Assembly (NCBI GenBank): GCA_964633405.1
Contig: CAZWFV010000001.1
Location: forward strand, 1-39,880
Reading direction: 5' to 3'
Length of the DNA stretch: 39,880 bases
Origin: an uncultured Candidatus Saccharibacteria bacterium
Lineage (GTDB): Bacteria; Patescibacteriota; Minisyncoccia; UBA6257; Colwellbacteraceae
Position numbers and translations under genes: made by a program. The notes below the pieces were generated by a model. The model did no database searches. It was not told where the DNA came from and was given only the letters and a program-made list of their open reading frames with translations. Positions 25,059 through 32,251 of this stretch are shown here, piece after piece. Numbering within the stretch: the first letter of the stretch is position 1; every line of letters starts with the position of its first letter.

Positions 25059-25087
25059 TAGATACGATAAATAAGAGCATTTGTCAA
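25059..25087 (-). promoter_or_regulatory. Putative sigma-70 promoter for the NYN gene
   Basis: Minus strand: TTGACA (complement of 25082-25087), 17 nt spacer, TATCTA (complement of 25059-25064). Confidence 0.45.
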
Positions 25088-25155
25088 ACAGGTGCCGGTA
25101 GAGGCTAAAACCGTCCCGTGTGGGCCAATAGCCACCAATATTTAGTTTGAATTTG

Positions 25156-25226
25156 TTGCGGGGGCGGGAGTCGAACCCACTCCTGAAGCTTATGAGGCTT
25201 CCGAGGTACCGTTCCTCTACCCCGCG
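25156..25226 (-). tRNA. Initiator tRNA-fMet (anticodon CAT)
   Basis: CGCGGGG-TA-GAGG-AACGGTA-CCTC-G-GAAGC-CTCATAA-GCTTC-AGGA-GTGGG-TTCGACT-CCCGC-CCCCGCA-A. The C1-A72 mismatch and the A11:U24 pair are bacterial initiator identity marks. Confidence 0.85.
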
Positions 25227-25252
25227 ACCGATAATCTCTTGCGAGCGACTAA

Positions 25253-25303
25253 ATTCTAGTGCCGCAAATATGCGTTGTCAAAGATTTGCGTATCTTCTAG
25301 AAT
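25253..25303. promoter_or_regulatory. Symmetric bidirectional promoter: tRNA-fMet (-) and pheST (+) share one -35 region
   Basis: Plus strand: TTGTCA (25275-25280), 17 nt, TAGAAT (25298-25303). Minus strand: TTGACA (complement of 25276-25281), 17 nt, TAGAAT (complement of 25253-25258). Confidence 0.6.
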
Positions 25304-25315
25304 ATTGTTATTACC

Positions 25316-26317
25316 ATGGATTCTAAGTTGCCCGAACAGATAAAGAAAATCCGCCAGCAAGCTCTCGATGAGATGCAGGGAATAAAAAACGGGGATGGAC
25401 TGGAGCGTTTCAGGATAAAATATCTTGGTCGCGGTGACGGCATAAACGCAATATTGAGGTCGCTCAAAGACATATCGGTGGATGAGCGGCGTGTCATCGG
25501 ACCGGAAGCTCAACTCCTAAAAAAAGAGCTAGAGGATATGATTTCGTTCAAATCGCGTGAGTTTTCAGAAGAATCTGCCGAACTGGACATCGACGTGACG
25601 CGACCAGGCAAACGACCGCCAATAGGACACCTCCATCCGCTGACGCTAATCGAGAACGAGATGCGTGACATATTTACCTCCATGAACTTTTCCGTAGTTG
25701 ATGGCCCAGAAGTGGAGACTGAGTATTACAACTTCGATGCCCTTAATATCCCGCCCAATCATCCGGCTAGGGAGATGTGGGACACCTTCTGGATAAAGGG
25801 GAAGAAAGGCGAACGAAGGTCTCGCTTACTCTTAAGGACCCACACCAGTCCAGTGCAGATCCGCTATATGGAGACGCACCAGCCCCCATTTCAGATAATC
25901 GTCCCTGGACGCGTTTTTAGGTATGAGGCCACTGATACTTCGCATGAGATAAATTTCTACCAACTGGAAGGCCTTATGGTCGGTAAGGATATAAGCTTAG
26001 CCAATTTCAAGTACGTTATAGAAGAATTCTTCCACAGGTTCTTCAAGGAACGGGTCCAGTGTCGTCTGCGTCCGAGTTATTTCCCGTTCGTGGAGCCAGG
26101 GGTTGAAGTTGATATAAAATCTAGAGGTAAGTGGTTGGAGATATTGGGCGCGGGGATGGTACACCCCAAAGTTTTCGAAGCCGCCCACCTTAACCCAAGA
26201 GGTTTGCAGGGATTCGCTTTTGGGATGAGTATCGAGAGGCCAGCGATGATTAAGTACAACATCCCTGATATACGCATGTTCTACTCTAATGACATAAGAT
26301 TCCTTAGACAGTTCTGA
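25316..26317 (+). CDS. pheS: Phenylalanine--tRNA ligase alpha subunit
   Basis: Class II aaRS motifs (HPLT, FRYE..D.SH...FHQLEG, GMVHP..., GFAFGMSIERPAM). Confidence 0.95.
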   Translation: MDSKLPEQIKKIRQQALDEMQGIKNGDGLERFRIKYLGRGDGINAILRSLKDISVDERRVIGPEAQLLKKELEDMISFKSREFSEESAELDIDVTRPGKRPPIGHLHPLTLIENEMRDIFTSMNFSVVDGPEVETEYYNFDALNIPPNHPAREMWDTFWIKGKKGERRSRLLLRTHTSPVQIRYMETHQPPFQIIVPGRVFRYEATDTSHEINFYQLEGLMVGKDISLANFKYVIEEFFHRFFKERVQCRLRPSYFPFVEPGVEVDIKSRGKWLEILGAGMVHPKVFEAAHLNPRGLQGFAFGMSIERPAMIKYNIPDIRMFYSNDIRFLRQF

Positions 26318-26321
26318 TGGC

Positions 26322-28238
26322 ATGAAATTCTCCTATTCTCTACTGAAAAAATTTGTGCCTGCGCTTCCTCCGAAGAACAAGCTTGTTGATGAGTTTAGCA
26401 TGAAAGCATTCGAAGCCGAGGAAGTAAAGGGGGACACGATTGAGATCAAGGTCCTAAATCGCTACTCGGACGCCGCCTCTCATTGGGGAATAGCGCGAGA
26501 AGCATCGGCCATATTTAATATAGGCAAGAAGATACCGGAAAAGAAACTGGTAAATATCCCCCAAAACATAGGGGCAATCAAAGTTAGAGTCAGTGATCCG
26601 GAAGGTTGTCCACGCTATATGGCTCGGTACTTCGAGTTGAGGAAAATCGGGCCATCCCCAGCGTGGATTAAGAAAGCTATTGTTTCCTGCGGACTAAGAC
26701 CGATAAATGCAGTGGTCGACATCATGAATTACGTGATGCTTGAAACTGGCCAGCCGTTGCACGCTTTCGACGCCGATAAGTTTGGTCGTGAGATAATCGT
26801 CCGTAAGGCCAGTAAAGGAGAGAAGATAACCACGCTCGACAACGTGACTTATTCCCTGGATCCGAGCACTTTGGTCATAGCCAATAATAAAGAACCGCTG
26901 GCCATAGCGGGCATAAAAGGCGGGAAGACGGCCGAAGTTGATAGATATTCCAGGTTTATAATCGTGGAAGCGGCTACATTCAGCGGCAGTATGGTATATG
27001 TTACGTCTCGCAAGCTGGGCCTGGCAACTGATGCCTCGCTTCGTTTCGCCCACGAGTTATCTCCGTATCTGGCTGAGGTTGGAATGGACAGGGCCAGCGT
27101 GCTCCTGGCAGAAATATTGGACGCAAGGATGATGGATTCCAAGGATGTCCATAAGAAGCTGCCCAGCAGGGAAATGATTGAGTTCGACGTGGCTAAGCAC
27201 AACAGCATAATAGGCTCGGATTTGTCGGTCAAGACCGTAATCGGTTACCTGAAGCGTCTCGGTTTCGGTATAACCATGAATAAAAAGTCCACCGACAGGT
27301 TCATTGTTGAGGTGCCGGTATTGAGGGATGACATAACCATCTTTGAGGATTTGGTTGAAGAGGTTTCCCGGCTGCACGGCTATGACAAGCTTGCCCCGCG
27401 TAGGCCGCTTGTCGGACTGGCTCCTTCGGAGACGGACGATGTCATCCCAGTAAAGGACGAGATACGGATTATTCTCTCCTCCCTAGGGTTCTTTGAGACA
27501 TATAATTACACCTTCATAGGCAAACGGGCCGCTGCTTCTGATTTCCTGCCAGTCAGAAATTCGGATGCGTTGGAAGTGGAGAACCCCATCTCCAACGATA
27601 TGAGGCTCCTGCGCTCCGAATTGATAACTGGACTGTCTGGCAATGTGGATAGCAACGAGGTATTGCAGGACAATCTGCGTTTCTTCGAGATAGGTAATGT
27701 CTGGGTTCCGAAAGAGGAGTTGCATCTGGGACTGGCGGTTCACTTGCAAAGCGGCGAATCACTGTTGGAGATTAAGGGAGTCATCCAGACGATGTTGGAA
27801 CGGATAGGGATCATCGATTTTATATTTACTCCACATAGGAACTCCTTGCTTGTTGAATCTGGCAAGGCGGTTTTGGGTTTCATCTCCGCTTACAATCGTA
27901 AACGGTCCTACGCAGAACTGAATTTGGGGGCGTTGCTCAAGTTGGCAAGCAGCGAGAACGAATTCAAGCCGCTACCCAAATATCCAGCGGTTGCTAGGGA
28001 TCTCTCGCTTGTCGTCTCCGATAAGGTCAAGGTGGGGGACATAATCGACGCCATAGGCATAGCCGGAGTCGGTGACATTGAGAACATAGATCTTATCGAT
28101 TATCTCGACCCGACACACTTCACCTTTAGGATAGTTTTCAGGTCTGCGAATCGTACTTTGACCAACGACGAGGCGAACAACAAGCTGACCCAAATAATCA
28201 AGTATTTAAGCGGCCGATTTAACCTGAAGGTTAGATAA
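26322..28238 (+). CDS. pheT: Phenylalanine--tRNA ligase beta subunit, short form lacking the N-terminal OB (tRNA_bind) domain
   Basis: The MKFSYSLLKKFVP B1 start runs directly into the TIEIKVLNRYSDAASHWGIAREA segment. B3/4 (CPRYMARY, NAVVDIMNYVMLETGQPLHAFD), B5 and the C-terminal FDX-ACB-like domain are present. Length is 638 aa. Confidence 0.9.
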   Translation: MKFSYSLLKKFVPALPPKNKLVDEFSMKAFEAEEVKGDTIEIKVLNRYSDAASHWGIAREASAIFNIGKKIPEKKLVNIPQNIGAIKVRVSDPEGCPRYMARYFELRKIGPSPAWIKKAIVSCGLRPINAVVDIMNYVMLETGQPLHAFDADKFGREIIVRKASKGEKITTLDNVTYSLDPSTLVIANNKEPLAIAGIKGGKTAEVDRYSRFIIVEAATFSGSMVYVTSRKLGLATDASLRFAHELSPYLAEVGMDRASVLLAEILDARMMDSKDVHKKLPSREMIEFDVAKHNSIIGSDLSVKTVIGYLKRLGFGITMNKKSTDRFIVEVPVLRDDITIFEDLVEEVSRLHGYDKLAPRRPLVGLAPSETDDVIPVKDEIRIILSSLGFFETYNYTFIGKRAAASDFLPVRNSDALEVENPISNDMRLLRSELITGLSGNVDSNEVLQDNLRFFEIGNVWVPKEELHLGLAVHLQSGESLLEIKGVIQTMLERIGIIDFIFTPHRNSLLVESGKAVLGFISAYNRKRSYAELNLGALLKLASSENEFKPLPKYPAVARDLSLVVSDKVKVGDIIDAIGIAGVGDIENIDLIDYLDPTHFTFRIVFRSANRTLTNDEANNKLTQIIKYLSGRFNLKVR

Positions 28239-28245
28239 AAGCGGC

Positions 28246-28274
28246 TTGTTCTAAGCCCTCTAAAGGGGTATAAT
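28246..28274 (+). promoter_or_regulatory. Putative sigma-70 promoter for gyrB
   Basis: TTGTTC (28246-28251), 17 nt spacer, TATAAT (28269-28274). The ATG at 28303 lies 28 nt after the -10 box. Confidence 0.5.
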
Positions 28275-28302
28275 TACAACGCCTTGAAAGAAGGCTTTTT
28301 AT

Positions 28303-30213
28303 ATGGCTAAAGACTCCTATACAGCTAAAGATATTGAGGTTCTAGAGGGCCTGCAGCCGGTCAGAAAGCGCCCCGGTATGTATATAGGTTCTACGGGACC
28401 GGACGGTCTACACCACCTCATTTGGGAGGTGGTCAACAACTCCATTGATGAAGCGATGGCCGGATTTGCCAAGAAAGTGGATGTTGCCCTGTTACCTGAC
28501 GGCAAGAGCGTCCAGGTCAAGGACGACGGTCGCGGTATCCCGGTCGACATACACCCGCACACCAAGAAATCCGCCCTCGAGACCGTCTTGACCACACTGC
28601 ATGCCGGCGGGAAATTTAGTAACGCGTCATACAAGGTTTCTGGGGGACTGCACGGCGTAGGCGTATCAGTGGTTAATGCCCTTTCTATTGAAACTAAGGT
28701 AGAGGTATGTCGTGAAGGAAAGCGCTACGTTCAGGAATATGCTCGAGGCATACCAAAATATAAAGTTAAGGAGGAGGGTAAATGCAATCAGAACGGTACC
28801 GTCGTTACTTTCTCACCAGACCCCGAGATTTTTAAAGAGATATCCTTCGATCGTAAACGGGTATTGGAATATCTGAGACAGCAAGCCTTTCTCACCAAAG
28901 GCATAAAAATAGACTTTGCCGACCTGCGGTCAGAGACGCCATTCTATTACGGATTCTGCTTCGAGGGGGGTATAAGGTCCTTTCTGGACTATATGGATTC
29001 AGACGGCGATAAGCCTATCCAGAATCACGTCTTCTATACGGAAAGAGAGAGCGACGGAATAGCCGTCGAGATAGCCCTCTGTTATACAGATGGCATTGAA
29101 ATAAATGAACTGGCCTTCGCCAACAATATCCAGAATCCGGAGGGCGGCATGCACCTAACCGGTTTCAAGTCCGCCTTAACTAGGACACTAAACGATTATG
29201 CCAGGAGCAACAACTACATAAAGGAGAAAGATGAGAACCTCACCGGCGAGGATGTACGGGAGGGGTTGACGGCGATAGTCTCCATAAAACTGGCCAATCC
29301 TCAGTTCGAGGGCCAGACAAAAGCCAAACTCGGCAATCCCGAGGCGCGCACAGCGGTGGAGACGGTGATGAACACCAGCTTCAGGGAGTTTCTGGATAAG
29401 TACAAGAGCGACGCCGAACATATAATGGCTAAATGTCTGTTGGCGGCAAAGGCTCGCAAGGCGGCCAAGGTTGCCAAGGAGACTATATTGCGTAAAGGAG
29501 TCTTAGATGGACTAACCCTTCCCGGAAAGTTAGCCGATTGCCAGTCCCGTAAGGCCGAAGATTCGGAACTGTTTATAGTCGAAGGAGACTCTGCTGGCGG
29601 CAGCGCCAAAATGGCCAGAGATCGACGGACCCAGGCTATCCTGCCTCTCCGCGGCAAGATACTTAACGTGGAGAAAGCCCGCTTGGACAAGATGCTGGTC
29701 AACAAGGAGATCACCGCCCTTATTGTCGCCTTAGGTACGGCTATAGCTGAGGATTTCGACATAAGCAAACTTAGATACCACAAGATAATACTCATGACCG
29801 ATGCCGACGTGGACGGCGCCCATATTAGGACCCTGTTACTGAGCCTGTTCTACAGACACTTCCCGCAGATAATAGAGGGCGGATACCTTTATATTGCTCA
29901 ACCGCCCCTGTACCGGATACAGTCCGGGAAGACCGTACAATACGCCTGGAGTGACGAGGAAAAGAACAAGCTGGCCAAGGAAAGCAAAGCCGCGAACCCG
30001 AACGTACAACGTTATAAGGGCCTGGGCGAGATGAACCCGGATCAGCTGTCGGAGACCACCATGCACCCCGCACACAGAACCCTTCTTAGAGTTACGGTAG
30101 ATGATGCCAGGGAAGCGGATCACATGTTCGACATCCTGATGGGCACCGATGTAATGCCTAGAAAGCATTTCATAATGACCCAGGGTCATCTTGTGTCGAA
30201 TCTTGATTTATAG
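28303..30213 (+). CDS. gyrB: DNA gyrase subunit B
   Basis: GHKL ATPase motifs (LEGLQPVRKRPGMYIG, HHLIWEVVNNSIDE, GGLHGVG), Toprim EGDSAGG and PLRGKILNVE, and DADVDGAHI. Confidence 0.95.
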   Translation: MAKDSYTAKDIEVLEGLQPVRKRPGMYIGSTGPDGLHHLIWEVVNNSIDEAMAGFAKKVDVALLPDGKSVQVKDDGRGIPVDIHPHTKKSALETVLTTLHAGGKFSNASYKVSGGLHGVGVSVVNALSIETKVEVCREGKRYVQEYARGIPKYKVKEEGKCNQNGTVVTFSPDPEIFKEISFDRKRVLEYLRQQAFLTKGIKIDFADLRSETPFYYGFCFEGGIRSFLDYMDSDGDKPIQNHVFYTERESDGIAVEIALCYTDGIEINELAFANNIQNPEGGMHLTGFKSALTRTLNDYARSNNYIKEKDENLTGEDVREGLTAIVSIKLANPQFEGQTKAKLGNPEARTAVETVMNTSFREFLDKYKSDAEHIMAKCLLAAKARKAAKVAKETILRKGVLDGLTLPGKLADCQSRKAEDSELFIVEGDSAGGSAKMARDRRTQAILPLRGKILNVEKARLDKMLVNKEITALIVALGTAIAEDFDISKLRYHKIILMTDADVDGAHIRTLLLSLFYRHFPQIIEGGYLYIAQPPLYRIQSGKTVQYAWSDEEKNKLAKESKAANPNVQRYKGLGEMNPDQLSETTMHPAHRTLLRVTVDDAREADHMFDILMGTDVMPRKHFIMTQGHLVSNLDL

Positions 30214-30248
30214 GGCATATTTGAGATACTGTTGTAAAGCTTTTATAT

Positions 30249-30437
30249 ATGTTTCAGCGACTAAACTCGTTTTTAAGGGAATCTCGGCAGGAGCTTCAGC
30301 ATGTTAACTGGCCGACGAGGAAGGAGACCATCAGGATGGTTATTATTGTTATCACTATCTCTGCCGCCACGGCCATCTTCTTGGGTGCCATGGACTATAT
30401 CTTCCTTACTTCGTTGGGTCACCTGATCGGACAATAA
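30249..30437 (+). CDS. secE: Preprotein translocase subunit SecE
   Basis: 62 aa, ELQHVNWPTRKE followed by a single TM segment. It sits directly upstream of nusG. Confidence 0.85.
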   Translation: MFQRLNSFLRESRQELQHVNWPTRKETIRMVIIVITISAATAIFLGAMDYIFLTSLGHLIGQ

Positions 30438-30445
30438 ATATAAAC

Positions 30446-31015
30446 ATGGCCGTTAAGAAAAAGGTCTTGGAGGAGTCTAATAAGCAGGGATTGAAGCAAT
30501 GGTACGCCGTGCATACCTATGCCGGATACGAGGACGCCGTCGCCCGCTATTTAAAGCAGCGTATTGAATCTCTGGGCGTAGAGGACAAGATCTTCAAGGT
30601 TATAGTCCCTAAGGAAAAGAAGATAAAGATAAAGAACGGTAAGCGCCTTACCATCGAAGAGAAAATATACCCAGGCTACGTTCTTGTTGAAATGATCCTA
30701 GATGAGGGTTCTTGGTATGTCGTCCGCAATACGCCGAGGGTCACGGGTTTCGTCGGCGCAGACCCCACCAAACCCACACCTCTTTCCTATGAGGAAGTCG
30801 AATCGCTAATGAACAGGATGAGCGGCGGCGAGCTTAAGTTCAGGGTTGATCTACGCGTTGGGGACCTGGTCAGGGTAACCGACGGGCCGTTTAAGGACTA
30901 TGACGGCAGAGTTTCGGAGGTCGACGAGGAACGCGGTCGGGTCAAGGTTATGGTTCCTGTCTTCGGTCGCGATACCGCGGTAGAACTCGATTCTCTACAG
31001 ATAAAGAAGGTGTAG
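30446..31015 (+). CDS. nusG: Transcription termination/antitermination factor NusG
   Basis: NGN domain (WYAVHTYAGYEDAV) and KOW motif (GDLVRVTDGPFKDYDGRVSEVD). Confidence 0.95.
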   Translation: MAVKKKVLEESNKQGLKQWYAVHTYAGYEDAVARYLKQRIESLGVEDKIFKVIVPKEKKIKIKNGKRLTIEEKIYPGYVLVEMILDEGSWYVVRNTPRVTGFVGADPTKPTPLSYEEVESLMNRMSGGELKFRVDLRVGDLVRVTDGPFKDYDGRVSEVDEERGRVKVMVPVFGRDTAVELDSLQIKKV

Positions 31016-31068
31016 GATTTTGCAATTTAGACGGATCTATTCTAAGCTTGATAAGTTAAATTTGGAAA

Positions 31069-31494
31069 ATGGCTGCAAAGAAAGTAAAAACAGTACTAAA
31101 ACTACAAATTGCCGCTGGTAAAGCTAATCCCGCACCACCGATAGGCCCGGCTTTGGGTCAGCACGGCGTCAATATTCAAGAGTTCTGCATTAAGTTCAAC
31201 GAAGCGACGAAAGATATGGGAGGCGATATCGTGCCGGCTGAAATAACGATCTATGAGGACAGGACATTCACCTTCAAGCTCAAAACGCCCCCGGCTTCCG
31301 ATCTGCTCAGAAAAGCCGCTGGGATCGACAAAGGATCGGCTGTGCCAAACAAACAGAAGGTGGGCAAGATAACTAAAACGGATCTGCGTAAGATAGCAGA
31401 GAGGAAGATGAGCGATTTGAACGCCAATGACGTTAATGCGGCGGAGAAGATTATAGCCGGAACCGCCCGTTCTATGGGAATAGATATAGTGTAA
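31069..31494 (+). CDS. rplK: 50S ribosomal protein L11
   Basis: [26 protein letters not shown], the canonical L11 N-terminal domain. Confidence 0.95.
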   Translation: MAAKKVKTVLKLQIAAGKANPAPPIGPALGQHGVNIQEFCIKFNEATKDMGGDIVPAEITIYEDRTFTFKLKTPPASDLLRKAAGIDKGSAVPNKQKVGKITKTDLRKIAERKMSDLNANDVNAAEKIIAGTARSMGIDIV

Positions 31495-31514
31495 GCGATA
31501 CGGATCGCAACTAG

Positions 31515-31541
31515 ATGGCCTGAGTTAGCTCAGGCCATTTT
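31515..31541 (+). terminator. Intrinsic terminator after rplK
   Basis: ATGGCCTGAG-TTAG-CTCAGGCCAT, a 10-bp stem followed by TTTTA. Confidence 0.75.
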
Positions 31542-31563
31542 AATGCCCTATAATCTAGTCAGC

Positions 31564-32247
31564 ATGGCTAAGGGCAAATTCATTGTGATTGAGGGGACGG
31601 ACGGTTCGGGCAAGGGAGAACAAACCGCACTTCTGGTCAGACGACTTAAGGATGAGGGGCATGACGTTGCTTCGTTCGACTTCCCCAGATACAGCGAACC
31701 CTCTTGCTGGTTCGTCAGCGAATATCTAAGAGGCGGGTTCGGAAAACTCGAAGAAGTCGGGCCGAAGACGGCCTCTTTATTCTATGCCCTGGATCGTTAT
31801 GCGGCCGCTCCGCAGATTCGCGCGGCAGTCGAGTCAGGCAGGATGGTCGTCTCTAATCGTTATGTGGCTTCCAACCTTGGTCATCAGGGATCAAAATTCT
31901 CCGATAAGGGAGAGCGTGAGAAGTACTTTCAATGGAATTATGAATTGGAATACGCCATAAATCGGATTCCGAAACCGGATCTTAACATCATTCTTCATGT
32001 GCCAGCGGAGGTCGCTCAAAAGCTAGTGGATAAGAAAGCTGAGCGTAAGTATATAGGGGGAAGAAAGAGGGATTTGCACGAATCGGATATAGGCCACCTT
32101 AGGCGTACGGAGGAGGTTTACCGGGAGCTGTCCATATTGTTCCCCAAGGACTTTACGGTTATCGAATGTTTCGATAACGGCCGTCTGTTAACCATCGACG
32201 AAGTGCATGATAAAGTTTGGAAAATAGTGGGAGGAATGATTAAATAG
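31564..32247 (+). CDS. tmk: dTMP (thymidylate) kinase
   Basis: KFIVIEGTDGSGKGEQ P-loop and DRY motif. The ATG at 31564 is preferred because TATAAT (31549-31554) lies 9 nt upstream and inside the alternative 31543-start extension. Confidence 0.85.
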   Translation: MAKGKFIVIEGTDGSGKGEQTALLVRRLKDEGHDVASFDFPRYSEPSCWFVSEYLRGGFGKLEEVGPKTASLFYALDRYAAAPQIRAAVESGRMVVSNRYVASNLGHQGSKFSDKGEREKYFQWNYELEYAINRIPKPDLNIILHVPAEVAQKLVDKKAERKYIGGRKRDLHESDIGHLRRTEEVYRELSILFPKDFTVIECFDNGRLLTIDEVHDKVWKIVGGMIK

Positions 32248-32251
32248 TCTT

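Noticed and set aside
24361-25226. tRNA-flanked segment considered as an integrated islet or mobile element.
   Set aside because: There is no integrase or recombinase, no visible direct repeat of a tRNA 3' end, and only one small gene lies between the tRNAs.
25256-25513. Minus-strand ORFs of 85 and 66 aa across the pheS promoter and 5' end.
   Set aside because: They are antisense to the conserved pheS frame and overlap the bidirectional promoter region.
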